Assembly (NCBI RefSeq): GCF_036388155.1
Contig: NZ_DASVSI010000145.1
Location: forward strand, 13,047 to 77,046
Direction of reading: 5' to 3'
Source: Hymenobacter sp.
Lineage (GTDB): Bacteria > Bacteroidota > Bacteroidia > Cytophagales > Hymenobacteraceae
DNA: 64,000 bases
In this document: one piece after another, positions 1 through 9,780 of the stretch
Numbering within the stretch: the first letter of the stretch is position 1
How the letters are laid out: every line of letters begins with the position of its first letter
Position numbers and translations under genes: made by a program
Notes under the pieces: model-generated
Database searches by the model: none
The model's input: the letters and a program-made list of their open reading frames with translations, nothing else
Told to the model about the DNA's origin: nothing

Positions 1-2
1 AA

Positions 3-566
3 CTGCCGGTGCTCGATAATCGGCACTACCGGGGCCTGGTCACCGAAGCCGACTTGGCCGACTTCGACGACCCCGAAACCCTGCTCTCGGAATTGCCCTT
101 GGGCTTCGCCGACACCTTCGTGCGCCCCGACCAGCACTTTTACCGCGTGATGGAGCTGGCCATTGAGAACAAGATTCAACTGGTGCCCGTGGTTGACGAG
201 CGGCACGAGTACGCCGGCGTGGTCACCATCGCCGACGCCTTGGCCGCTTTCGGGCAGCAGCCGGCGGGTGGCCAGGGCGGCATCATCGTCCTCACCATGG
301 AGGAGCGCGACTACTCGCTCACCCAAATCAGCCGCTACGTCGAGGAGAACAACGCCAAAATTGTCAGCGCCCTCGTGGCCCAGGACGAAATCGACCCCTA
401 CCGCATACGCCTCACCCTCAAGTTAAATACCGACAACCTGGCCCGCATCACGGCCACCCTCGAGCGGTTTGGCTACGTGGTAACGGCCCAGTTCAGCGGC
501 ACGGCCGTGGCCAGCGAAGACGAGCAGGACCGTTACGACGCCCTGCTCCGGTACCTGAGCGTGTAA
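3..566 (+). CDS. CBS domain-containing protein with C-terminal ACT-like region (5' partial)
   Basis: Frame is open from the window edge. CBS-like segment IQLVPVVDERHEYAGVVTIADAL; ACT-like tail (LTLKLNTDNLARITATLERFGY). Confidence 0.8.
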   Translation: MPVLDNRHYRGLVTEADLADFDDPETLLSELPLGFADTFVRPDQHFYRVMELAIENKIQLVPVVDERHEYAGVVTIADALAAFGQQPAGGQGGIIVLTMEERDYSLTQISRYVEENNAKIVSALVAQDEIDPYRIRLTLKLNTDNLARITATLERFGYVVTAQFSGTAVASEDEQDRYDALLRYLSV

Positions 567-575
567 GGGCGGCGG

Positions 576-2039
576 GTGTTAGGAATTTTATTGCCGTTGC
601 GGGTGCTGCTGGCCAGCCTGAGCTTATGGCAGGCTCCGGCCGATACCACGTTGCCCCGCCGGCCCTTGCTCCCCGTGGTTGCGCCAGCCGACACGCTGGT
701 GCGCATTGCGCCCTGCCCCGGTGCAGCCCGACTGGCCGTTGGGCCCTTGATTTTTGCGGGCAACAACGTCACCAAAGAGCGCATCCTGCGTGCCGAGCTG
801 GATTTTCGCGAAGGCGACACCTTGGCAGTAGCCGACCTGCCGGCCCGGCTCGAAGCCAACCGCAGCCGCCTCTTCAACCTCCAACTGTTTCATGCCGTGG
901 TGGTGCAGGCCAGCTGCGTAAGCGGCCGGCTGGCCATCGTGTTTGGGGTGCAAGAGCGCTGGTACACCTTCCCGGTGCCCATTGTTTCCCTGGCCGACCG
1001 CAACCTGCGGTCCTGGCTCGACCGGCCCGACCGGTGGCGTCGCCTCGACTACGGCGTGCACCTCACCCGTACCAATTTTCGGGGCCGCAACGAGGAAATC
1101 AACGCCAACCTGCAACTCGGCTTCAATCGCAAATACGAACTGTTTTACGAGGCGCCGGGCCTGGGCCGCTACCGCCGGCTGGGCTTTGGCGTAGGGGCGT
1201 CTTTTTCCCAAAGCCGGGCCCTGGACTACGTCACCCGCACCGACCGCCTCTTGGCGTTGCGGACCGATACAGGGTTTCCCATCCAGCGCTTTTATGTATT
1301 GGGCGGGCTGCGCCTGCGCCATACGGTTCAGTTCCTCACGGCTTTCGACGTATCGTATCACCGCGAGCGGATTAGTGATTCCGTTAATTATTACAACCCC
1401 ACTTATTACCTCGGCCGTACGCAGCGCGAATACCTCGATTTCACCCTCACCAGCACGCGCAATCAACGCAACACCTTTGCCTATCCGCTTAGCGGCCAGT
1501 TCGTGCAGGCCTCGCTCACGCACCGCGTGTTCCTCGACGCCTTCACGCCCAGCCTCACCACCCTGCGCCTGAGCTATTCGCGGTACGTGCCACTCGGCCA
1601 CGAGTTCTATTACTCCGTGGGGGTGCGGGGCCAGGCACGCCTCACGCAGCGCTTGGCCTACGCCGACAGCCGGGCCCTGGGCTACAACGATTTGGTGCGC
1701 GGCTACGACGAGTACGTAATCGACGGCCGCCATTACGGCTTGTTGCAGCAAGGCGTTTCCTACCGCGTGTTTCATCCGCCACCTGTTCGCGTGCCGTCGC
1801 TTGGCAGCCCCAAAATCAACACCATTCCACTCGCCCTCTACCTCAATACCTTTGCCGATGCCGGTTACGTTGCCACGCCCCGCGCCTTGCTTGAGAACCG
1901 CCTGCCCAATCGTTTACTCGGCGCCGTAGGGCTCGGTTTGCATCTTGTCACGTACTACGACCGGGTGTTCACGGCCGAATACACGTTCAATAGACTGGGC
2001 CAAACCGGTTATTTTTTTCGCGCTGAGTTCCCCATTTAG
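576..2039 (+). CDS. Omp85/BamA/TamA-family outer membrane protein with a single POTRA domain
   Basis: POTRA motif IFAGNNVTKERILRAEL...RLFNLQLF, followed by amphipathic beta-strands and a C-terminal GYFFRAEFPI. Confidence 0.75.
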   Translation: MLGILLPLRVLLASLSLWQAPADTTLPRRPLLPVVAPADTLVRIAPCPGAARLAVGPLIFAGNNVTKERILRAELDFREGDTLAVADLPARLEANRSRLFNLQLFHAVVVQASCVSGRLAIVFGVQERWYTFPVPIVSLADRNLRSWLDRPDRWRRLDYGVHLTRTNFRGRNEEINANLQLGFNRKYELFYEAPGLGRYRRLGFGVGASFSQSRALDYVTRTDRLLALRTDTGFPIQRFYVLGGLRLRHTVQFLTAFDVSYHRERISDSVNYYNPTYYLGRTQREYLDFTLTSTRNQRNTFAYPLSGQFVQASLTHRVFLDAFTPSLTTLRLSYSRYVPLGHEFYYSVGVRGQARLTQRLAYADSRALGYNDLVRGYDEYVIDGRHYGLLQQGVSYRVFHPPPVRVPSLGSPKINTIPLALYLNTFADAGYVATPRALLENRLPNRLLGAVGLGLHLVTYYDRVFTAEYTFNRLGQTGYFFRAEFPI

Positions 2040-2118
2040 CAGTTCCGCTGCGTTCAATCGGTTATTTAATTGTTACGTACCCGCCCCGCTGATTACGTAA
2101 TCTGGTCTCTTTCTGCGC

Positions 2119-3012
2119 ATGAAAATCGCTCTTCTCGGCAAGCCATTCGATGACGCCGCCGCCCCGGCCATCCAAGCCCTGCTCGACGACCTGGCTGCCC
2201 GCCGCGCCGAAGTGCGCATCGGCGAAGCTTTCCGCACCTTCCTCGACAACCGCCTTCGCCTGCCCGAAGGCACCACCGAGTTTCGGCGCGGCGACTCGCT
2301 GCGCGGCGTGCAATACGTGCTCAGCATCGGCGGCGATGGCACCCTCCTCGACACGGTCACGTACGTGGGCAGTTTGCAAATCCCAATTCTAGGCATTCAC
2401 ACCGGTCGCCTGGGCTTTCTGGCCACCATCACCCCCGACCGCATCGCCCAAGCCATTGACGCGCTTTATAAAGGGCATTTCAACATCGAGGAACGCAGCC
2501 TGATTCGCGTCGACACCGACCCCGACGTGTTTGGAAGCCTCAATTTTGGGCTCAACGAGTTCAGCGTCCTCAAGCGCGACACCTCGTCCATGATTGTCGT
2601 ACACACCTACATTGATGGAGAATACCTGAATTCGTATTGGGCCGATGGCTTGGTGGTGGCCACGCCCACCGGCTCCACGGGCTACTCCCTGAGTTGTGGT
2701 GGCCCCGTCATGCTGCCCCAAACAAACAATTTTATTATTGCTCCCGTATGCCCCCACAATTTGAACGTTCGCCCACTGGTGGTGTCCGACCAAAGTGTCA
2801 TATCCTTCGAAATAGAAGGCCGCAGTACTAGCTATATGCTTGCGCTTGACTCTCGTTCTTTGCCGGTAGAAGCTTCCGTCCAAATTGCTGTCCGTCGAGA
2901 AAACTTCAATGCTCGGCTAGTAAAACTTAACCACGTCAACTTTTTGAGCACCTTGCGTAGCAAACTTAACTGGGGCCTCGACCGTCGCAATCCGGCGGGA
3001 ATCCAATTATGA
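2119..3012 (+). CDS. nadK: NAD kinase
   Basis: GGDGT, GRLGFL, NE, ADGLVVATPTGSTGYSLSCGGP motifs. Confidence 0.95.
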   Translation: MKIALLGKPFDDAAAPAIQALLDDLAARRAEVRIGEAFRTFLDNRLRLPEGTTEFRRGDSLRGVQYVLSIGGDGTLLDTVTYVGSLQIPILGIHTGRLGFLATITPDRIAQAIDALYKGHFNIEERSLIRVDTDPDVFGSLNFGLNEFSVLKRDTSSMIVVHTYIDGEYLNSYWADGLVVATPTGSTGYSLSCGGPVMLPQTNNFIIAPVCPHNLNVRPLVVSDQSVISFEIEGRSTSYMLALDSRSLPVEASVQIAVRRENFNARLVKLNHVNFLSTLRSKLNWGLDRRNPAGIQL

Positions 3013-3070
3013 TGGCGGAGCTTTTTTGCCCGAAAAATCAAGTAAAGTTTTTTTAGTTCCCAAAACCGCC

Positions 3071-3078
3071 TACTTTTG
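3071..3078 (+). promoter_or_regulatory. Bacteroidota primary-sigma -7 box (TACTTTTG) upstream of the first PorG-like gene
   Basis: Matches TAnnTTTG, 75 nt before the ATG at 3153. Confidence 0.55.
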
Positions 3079-3152
3079 TCACCGTCTGAAACTGCGCATT
3101 AACTGCTCTTCTCTCAACACCTGCCCTTCGCATCCTCAATCCTAGTCGCCTT

Positions 3153-4082
3153 ATGAAAAATATTTTCACTTATTCCACGGCATTTGTGCTCGGGTTAGCC
3201 TTAGTGGCGACGCCGGAGGCCGATGCCCAACAGTTCAGCAAGCGGAAGCAATATAACTCCGTAGGCTTCAGCCTGAACGCTATGAACTATTTCGGCGATG
3301 TTACGCCGGTTACCAACTTTACTAGCTTGCGTTTTGGCGCTACCCGCGTGGGCGCTGGCGTTTCCATCACCCGTCGCTTCTACCCGCGTGTGTCGGGCCG
3401 CTTCGGGCTTTCGTACGGCCGTATCTCGGGCGACGATACCAAAGCTGCTGACCCTAATGACCCAGACGCACGCTTCCGTTACAACCGAAACATGACGTTT
3501 CGCAATGACATTTTGGAAGCTTCTGCTGTTGCCATCGTTGACCTCATCGAGAACCGTAATAACTATCTCAAACGTCCGGACTTTGTACCGTATGTATTCG
3601 CAGGCGTTGCCGGTTTCTATCACAGCCCTAAAGGTTTAGTAGGCCCAAATTCGGCTGGTTTGTCTAGCGGCTCTTATGTGTCGCTAGCCGACTTAAAGAC
3701 GGAAGGCCAAACCAGCGCGTATGGACAAACACAATTAGCTATTCCTTTTGGCGGTGGTATCCGCTATCGCATTAACCGTAACTTTGACGCTAGTCTTGAA
3801 ATTGGCTGGCGCAAAACATTCACCGATTACATTGACGACGTAGGCGGTAGGTATGCTGACCGTGCTTCCCTAACGACTGAGGCGCAGAGATATTTCGGGA
3901 GTGACATCACGCGTAGCGTTTCCACGCCGGATGCTACTTTCAACCCGGGTAATTTCCCCGGTTTCAATGCAGCCGGTAGCCAACGCGGTGACGAAGGCAA
4001 TAAAACGGACTGGTACATCGTAACGGGTGTAACTTTGAACTACATCTTGACGCCCCGCATCAAGAACCCCAAATTCCGCTAG
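3153..4082 (+). CDS. DUF6089/PorG-like outer membrane beta-barrel protein (long paralog)
   Basis: Signal peptide; NYFGDV, AIPFGGGIRY, EIGWRKTFTDYIDDV and DWY motifs; position upstream of uppS-bamA-skp. Confidence 0.75.
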   Translation: MKNIFTYSTAFVLGLALVATPEADAQQFSKRKQYNSVGFSLNAMNYFGDVTPVTNFTSLRFGATRVGAGVSITRRFYPRVSGRFGLSYGRISGDDTKAADPNDPDARFRYNRNMTFRNDILEASAVAIVDLIENRNNYLKRPDFVPYVFAGVAGFYHSPKGLVGPNSAGLSSGSYVSLADLKTEGQTSAYGQTQLAIPFGGGIRYRINRNFDASLEIGWRKTFTDYIDDVGGRYADRASLTTEAQRYFGSDITRSVSTPDATFNPGNFPGFNAAGSQRGDEGNKTDWYIVTGVTLNYILTPRIKNPKFR

Positions 4083-4131
4083 CCAGCAGCCGCTGGCTGA
4101 AGGCAACCTTTCCAGTCAGCAGTTAGTCTAA

Positions 4132-4887
4132 ATGACAAATTCAGTTTTCCAAAGCGCACTCCTCGTTTGCCTCGTGCAAGCGGGGAGTGCCTTTTTTTGC
4201 CCTTCCGCCAACGCGCAAAACACCAGTGAGCTAGGCCTTGGCGTAGGGGCTACCACTTACCGGGGCGAAATTTCCCCCCACTACCGCAGTCAGAACAACC
4301 GCCCCGGATTCACGGTCTTCTATCGCAAAGACGTTTCGGTGCCCGTTACCCTGCGCGGGGCCGTGACCGGAGGGTTCCTGCGCGCCGACGACGCCAACGT
4401 GGAGGGAGCAAACGGTAGCGCGGCTCCGTTGCACGCCTACCGGCAAGCCAATACCAAGGGTGGCGTACTGGAAGCTTCGGCAGTATTGGAATATAATTTC
4501 CTCGATTACCACTACCGCACCGACAAGCTGCACGTTACGCCTTATTTATTTGCTGGCCTTGCTGGTTTTTATGCCAGTACCACCACCGAGAGCAACAACC
4601 CGGCGCTGGGGCAGAGCTTCAACCGTGACGGTCCCACGGTAGGCTTTGCGATTCCGGCCGGGGTGGGTTTTAAATACGCATTATCGGAACATATCAATCT
4701 GGGCCTAGAAGTGGGGGTGCGCAAGACCTTCACGGACGAAATCGACCATTTGGGCGAGCAAGACCCTTTCCTGGTAAATCCCAACGACCAAGACTGGTAC
4801 TATTACAGTGGCGTGAGCTTGTCCTACACGTTTTATAAGATACGCTGCCCCGACCAGTACAAGAAAAATAAAAAGCTGCTGAAGTAG
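4132..4887 (+). CDS. porG: DUF6089/PorG-like beta-barrel (type IX secretion PorG candidate)
   Basis: YRGEI, EVGVRKTFTDEID, NDQDWYYYSGVSLSYTF; C-terminal Cys (IRCP); directly upstream of uppS as in the known porG-uppS-omp85-ompH synteny. Confidence 0.65.
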   Translation: MTNSVFQSALLVCLVQAGSAFFCPSANAQNTSELGLGVGATTYRGEISPHYRSQNNRPGFTVFYRKDVSVPVTLRGAVTGGFLRADDANVEGANGSAAPLHAYRQANTKGGVLEASAVLEYNFLDYHYRTDKLHVTPYLFAGLAGFYASTTTESNNPALGQSFNRDGPTVGFAIPAGVGFKYALSEHINLGLEVGVRKTFTDEIDHLGEQDPFLVNPNDQDWYYYSGVSLSYTFYKIRCPDQYKKNKKLLK

Positions 4888-5003
4888 TGCTGCGCGCGAA
4901 GGAACAGCTAAGGGGAGGCGCAGCAGGGCGCCGTGTGAAGACAAACAACGGCTAAATGCAACCATTTCCGTAACTTGCGGGCTCTTTTAGCGAAACCGCA
5001 AAG

Positions 5004-5750
5004 ATGACCGGCAAGGCCGAATTAGATACTCAAAATATTCCTGCTCACGTGGCCGTTATCATGGATGGTAATGGGCGCTGGGCCAAGCAGCGAGGCGGGT
5101 TGCGCGTTTTTGGACACCAAAGCGCCATCACTGCCGTGCGCGAAACCGTAGAGGAAGCCGCCGAACTGGGGGTGCGCTACCTCACGCTGTATGCTTTTTC
5201 GACGGAGAACTGGAACCGGCCGGCTCTGGAAGTGATGGCGCTCATGCAATTGCTGGTGCACACCATTCGGAACGAGACGGCTACGTTGCTCAAGAACAGC
5301 ATCCGACTGCAAGCCATTGGCGACATCAGCACGTTGCCGGACAAGTGCCAGCGAGAATTGGCTGAAGCCATAGACCTTACCAAGGCCGGCACTCGCATGA
5401 CCCTGGTGCTGGCCCTGAGCTACAGTGGACGGTGGGACCTGACCCAGGCCGCCCAGCGCATGGCTGCCGACGTGGCCAGCGGCCGCCTGCAGCCCACCGC
5501 AGTGAACGAAAAGACCGTGGCTAACTATTTAGTGACAGCTGGTATGCCCGACCCCGAACTCCTTATTCGAACCAGCGGGGAGCAACGAATCAGTAATTTT
5601 TTGCTGTGGCAATTGGCTTATACTGAATTGTATATCACCGATTTGCTGTGGCCTGACTTTCGAAAACAGCATTTTCAAGAGGCCATTCTGGCTTATCAGC
5701 GCCGGGAGCGGCGCTTCGGCAAAACCAGTGAGCAACTCACTGTATCTTAA
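5004..5750 (+). CDS. uppS: Isoprenyl transferase (undecaprenyl diphosphate synthase)
   Basis: HVAVIMDGNGRWA, YAFSTENWNR, LIRTSGEQRISNFLLWQ. Confidence 0.97.
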   Translation: MTGKAELDTQNIPAHVAVIMDGNGRWAKQRGGLRVFGHQSAITAVRETVEEAAELGVRYLTLYAFSTENWNRPALEVMALMQLLVHTIRNETATLLKNSIRLQAIGDISTLPDKCQRELAEAIDLTKAGTRMTLVLALSYSGRWDLTQAAQRMAADVASGRLQPTAVNEKTVANYLVTAGMPDPELLIRTSGEQRISNFLLWQLAYTELYITDLLWPDFRKQHFQEAILAYQRRERRFGKTSEQLTVS

Positions 5751-5759
5751 ATTTTTGTA

Positions 5760-8285
5760 ATGATTATTGTGCGTAGTTTATTTGTAAAGTTCGTTCTCGC
5801 TGTAGCCTTGTTTGGTGGCTTGGCAGTTCGGCCAGCAATAGCCCAGCAAGCGCCGGCGGGTGCCCCCGACGAGCCCAAACGGTACGAGCTAGGGGGCATT
5901 ACGGTGAGCGGAGCCCGCTACCTGGACCCAAACACTCTTATTGGCCTGACCGGTCTGAAAATTGGGGACGCCATCACGGTTCCGGGCGAAGAAATCGGAA
6001 AATCAATCCGCAAGCTGTGGGCGCAGGGCATCTTGGGCGATGTGAGCGTGAGCATTGCGCGCACAGAGGGCAACAAGATTTTTCTGGATTACAACCTCAA
6101 GGAGCGGCCGCGCTTGTCAAAATTCACCTTCGATGGCATTCGCAAAGGCCAGACCGAAGAGCTAACCAAAAAGATTGCCCTGATTCGTGGCAAGGTGGTG
6201 ACTGATGCACTCATCAACAACACCCGGACCCAGGTACGCAAATTCTACGTGAACAAGGGGTACCTTGATGCCAAAGTGAACATCATACAAGTGCCCGATT
6301 CGGCTTTGTCGAACAGCGTGGCCTTGCGCATTGATGTGGACAAAGGCTCTAAAGTTCGTATTCACGACATCGCGTTCGAGGGCAACAAGGCTTTTTCGGA
6401 CCGCAAATTGAAAGGGAAGCTCAAGAAGACCAAGGAGCGCAAGCCGTACAAATTCCTGACAGCGGGCAAGTTCCAGCGTGCGGAGTACGAAGAAGACAAG
6501 AAAAAACTGCTGGAATTCTACAACGCCGAGGGCTACCGTGACGCAACCATCGTGTCAGACACCTTGGTGCGCGACGAGCAGGGCCTAGCTTTGCGCATTC
6601 GCGTCGATGAAGGGCCGAAATACTACTTCCGTCACATCACCTGGAACGGCAACTACCTCTACGACGACAAGACGCTAGCCAATGTACTCGGCATTAAGCC
6701 CGGCAGCCCGTACAGCAAGGAAACGCTTGACAAGCGCCTGAATTACAACCCGACGGGCCAAGACATTTCTTCGCTTTACCTAAACGATGGTTATCTGTTC
6801 TTCACCATTGACCCGGTAGAAACCAAGGTCGAGGGCGACTCGATTGACATTGAAATGCGCCTCAGCGAAGGCGTCCAGGCCCACATCAAGGACATCAGCA
6901 TTGCGGGCAATACCAAGACCAGCGACCACGTGCTGCGCCGTACGCTGCGCACGCTGCCCGGCGACAAGTTCAACCGCGAATTGCTCATCCGCTCGCAGCG
7001 GGAAATTGCAACGCTGGGCTATTTCGACCCGGAAAAAATTGGCATCAACCCCATACCCAATCCTGTCGATGGCACGGTGGACATTAACTACACCGTGGTT
7101 GAAAAGCCTTCTGACCAGGTGACGCTTTCTGGTGGCTGGGGTGGTTATGCCGGCTTTATTGGCACCGTGGGGTTGGTATTCAACAACTTCTCGCTACGGA
7201 AAGCGGGCAACTTCCGGAACTGGACGCCGGTGCCCTCGGGCGACGGCCAGCGCCTGGCACTCAACGTGCAAGCCAATGGGGTGCAGTACCAGGCGTATTC
7301 GCTGTCCTTCACTGAGCCCTGGCTGGGCGGCCGGCGGCCAAACTCCTTCTCCTTCAGCTTGAACCACAGCGTGCAGCGCTTGGGCAGCAGCCTAGATGCT
7401 AATTCGGACAGCTTCATCAAGGTGAACAGCGCCACGGTGGGCCTGGGCCGCCAGCTGCGGGTGCCAGATGACTATTTTACCCTCAGCAACTCGCTGTCGA
7501 TTAGCCAGTACCAGACGCAGAACTACGCGTTGTTGCCGGACTTTACGTCGGGTTATGCCACCAACATCACCCTCAACACCACGCTGGCGCGCAACAGCAT
7601 CGACAACCCTACCTACACCCGTCGGGGTTCGGCGCTGAGCTTGAGTCTGAGCTTGACGCCGCCTTATTCTCTACTCAACCCCGACCATCCTAGCGCGAAC
7701 CGGTTGATTGAGTTTCACAAGTGGATGTTCGACGCTTCGTGGTTCACCCCCATCGTTGGCAAACTGGTACTGAACACTCGCGCTCACTTCGGCTTCTTGG
7801 GCAGCTACAATGCTAACCGGGCGATTGGGCCGTTCGAACGTTTCAAAATGGGCGGCGCTGGACTGGGCGCCAACGGCGCTAACAACTTCCTGGCTGGTAC
7901 CGACTACGTGGGCCTGCGGGGCTACGACGACCCCGAGCAACCTTTTGCCATCCCAACCGCTCAGCCCAGACAAGCGGGCGCCATTGCTTTCAACAAGTAT
8001 GTGCTTGAAATGCGCTACCCCGTCAGCCTCAACCCGGCGGCTACGGTGTACGTGCTGGCCTTTGCCGAAGCGGGCAACGCCTACGATTCTTACCGTAACT
8101 ACAACCCCTATAAGCTGTACCGTTCGGCTGGCGTAGGAGCCCGCATTTTCATGTCGGCCTTTGGCTTGCTCGGTTTTGACTACGGCCACGGCTTCGACAA
8201 CGTGGTGCCGCAAGCCGGTACCGACCCTACCAGCAGGCGCGACCCAAACCACTTCCACTTCATTATTGGTCAGCAAATTCGCTAG
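5760..8285 (+). CDS. bamA: Outer membrane protein assembly factor BamA
   Basis: Multiple POTRA repeats, FTEPWL, VGLRGY motif, 16-strand barrel ending FHFIIGQQIR. Confidence 0.95.
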   Translation: MIIVRSLFVKFVLAVALFGGLAVRPAIAQQAPAGAPDEPKRYELGGITVSGARYLDPNTLIGLTGLKIGDAITVPGEEIGKSIRKLWAQGILGDVSVSIARTEGNKIFLDYNLKERPRLSKFTFDGIRKGQTEELTKKIALIRGKVVTDALINNTRTQVRKFYVNKGYLDAKVNIIQVPDSALSNSVALRIDVDKGSKVRIHDIAFEGNKAFSDRKLKGKLKKTKERKPYKFLTAGKFQRAEYEEDKKKLLEFYNAEGYRDATIVSDTLVRDEQGLALRIRVDEGPKYYFRHITWNGNYLYDDKTLANVLGIKPGSPYSKETLDKRLNYNPTGQDISSLYLNDGYLFFTIDPVETKVEGDSIDIEMRLSEGVQAHIKDISIAGNTKTSDHVLRRTLRTLPGDKFNRELLIRSQREIATLGYFDPEKIGINPIPNPVDGTVDINYTVVEKPSDQVTLSGGWGGYAGFIGTVGLVFNNFSLRKAGNFRNWTPVPSGDGQRLALNVQANGVQYQAYSLSFTEPWLGGRRPNSFSFSLNHSVQRLGSSLDANSDSFIKVNSATVGLGRQLRVPDDYFTLSNSLSISQYQTQNYALLPDFTSGYATNITLNTTLARNSIDNPTYTRRGSALSLSLSLTPPYSLLNPDHPSANRLIEFHKWMFDASWFTPIVGKLVLNTRAHFGFLGSYNANRAIGPFERFKMGGAGLGANGANNFLAGTDYVGLRGYDDPEQPFAIPTAQPRQAGAIAFNKYVLEMRYPVSLNPAATVYVLAFAEAGNAYDSYRNYNPYKLYRSAGVGARIFMSAFGLLGFDYGHGFDNVVPQAGTDPTSRRDPNHFHFIIGQQIR

Positions 8286-8323
8286 CAGGGCACTTTGCAA
8301 GCGGCCTTTCACGTTTCAACGGT

Positions 8324-9007
8324 ATGAAGAATTTTGGTGGCCTGCTGCTGGCCTTATTGTTGCTAGCTGGAGCTTTCGAAGCCCGTGCTCAAAAATTTGG
8401 CTGGGTCGATTCGGAGTTTATCATGGCCAAAATGCCTGATTATGCCAAGGCGCAGCAAGAGCTAAACGCGATGTCCGACACGTGGCAACGTGAGATTGAG
8501 GCGCAGAAGAAAGACTTAGATAAGCTCTACCGCAACTACCAGGCGGAAGAAGTGGTGCTAACTGAGCCCATGAAGAAAAAGCGCCAGGACGAAATCCTCA
8601 AAAAGGAGCAGGACATCAAGGCGTACCAGAACAAGCAGTTTGGCTACGAGGGCCAGCTGTTTAAAAAACGGCAGGAGCTCAACAAGCCCGTTCAGGACAA
8701 AGTATTTGAAGCCGTTGAGAAAGTGGCCAAAAAGAAGCAATTGGCGGTGTTGTTCGACAAGTCGGGCGACATGACCATGCTGTATACCAACCCGGCCCAC
8801 GACTACACGGAATTTGTATTGGAGGAATTGGGTTTGGGAGCAGAAGACCGCAACCAGCCGGGCCCCAAAGGCGCCGTGAAAACGGTAACGCCACCCAAAA
8901 CCCCCACCGACCCCAATTTCGAGTCCGACTCGGGCGCTCCAGAGCCGGCATCTGCCACCAAGCCCGTTGCCAAGCCGCAGCGTGCTACCAAGAAGAGCCC
9001 GAAGTAA
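8324..9007 (+). CDS. skp: OmpH/Skp periplasmic chaperone with low-complexity C-tail
   Basis: KFGWVDSEFIM start, coiled-coil body, VLFDKSG; follows bamA. Confidence 0.9.
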   Translation: MKNFGGLLLALLLLAGAFEARAQKFGWVDSEFIMAKMPDYAKAQQELNAMSDTWQREIEAQKKDLDKLYRNYQAEEVVLTEPMKKKRQDEILKKEQDIKAYQNKQFGYEGQLFKKRQELNKPVQDKVFEAVEKVAKKKQLAVLFDKSGDMTMLYTNPAHDYTEFVLEELGLGAEDRNQPGPKGAVKTVTPPKTPTDPNFESDSGAPEPASATKPVAKPQRATKKSPK

Positions 9008-9008
9008 T

Positions 9009-9016
9009 TACCTTTG
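9009..9016 (+). promoter_or_regulatory. -7 box (TACCTTTG), putative internal promoter for the second skp
   Basis: Exact TAnnTTTG 2 nt after the first skp stop and about 30 nt before the next ATG. Confidence 0.55.
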
Positions 9017-9046
9017 TATCAATAATTTTCTGACCCCTTTTTCTTT

Positions 9047-9697
9047 TTGATGAATCTCGTGAAAACCTTTCGTCTGACGCTCGCCGCCGCTCTGCTGACC
9101 GCCGGAACCCTGGCCGCCACCTCCGCGCAGGCCCAGGCCCCCTTGAAAATTGGTTATACCGACGTGCAGTACGTACTGGCTCGGATGCCCGAAAGCAAGC
9201 AAATTGAATCAGACCTCAAAGCGTACAACACCCAACTGGAGGGCCAGCTGAAGAGCAAAGCCACCGAATTGGAAACCAAATACAAGACATATCAGCAGGG
9301 CGAAGCCACCATGACTGATATCGTGAAAGCTGACAAGCAGAAAGAACTGCAGAGCATGCAACAGTCCATTCAGGAGTTTCAGCGCAGCGCCGAGCAGTCG
9401 CTGCAGCAGAAGCAGCAGACCCTGCTGAAGCCAGCTCTGGACAAGCTGCAGAAGAACATCGACGCCGTGGCCGAAGAAAACGGGTATACCTACGTGTTCA
9501 ACTCGGACGGCGGCGGCAGCCCCCTGCTGTTGCACGCTCCCAAGGACGGTGACATTTCGGACTTGGTGCTGAAGAAAATGGGCATCAATCCCGCCGCTAC
9601 TCCGGCGCCGGTTACTTCGGGCCCGAAGGCTGCGCCTGCCGCCGCCCCTGCTGCCTCGCCAACGGCTGGCAAGACCAAAACCAAGACCAAGAAATAA
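9047..9697 (+). CDS. skp: OmpH/Skp periplasmic chaperone (second copy)
   Basis: KIGYTDVQYVL, Gln-rich coiled coil, GYTYVFN, DISDLVLKKMG. Confidence 0.9.
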   Translation: MMNLVKTFRLTLAAALLTAGTLAATSAQAQAPLKIGYTDVQYVLARMPESKQIESDLKAYNTQLEGQLKSKATELETKYKTYQQGEATMTDIVKADKQKELQSMQQSIQEFQRSAEQSLQQKQQTLLKPALDKLQKNIDAVAEENGYTYVFNSDGGGSPLLLHAPKDGDISDLVLKKMGINPAATPAPVTSGPKAAPAAAPAASPTAGKTKTKTKK

Positions 9698-9720
9698 GCG
9701 GCGCTTTCCGCCAGAAACCG

Positions 9721-9751
9721 AAAAAGCCGAAGCACTTGCTTCGGCTTTTTT
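9721..9751 (+). terminator. Intrinsic terminator after skp
   Basis: AAAAAGCCGAAGC-ACTT-GCTTCGGCTTTTTT. Confidence 0.8.
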
Positions 9752-9780
9752 CATTTAATACATGCACTAGTAAATTAGCC

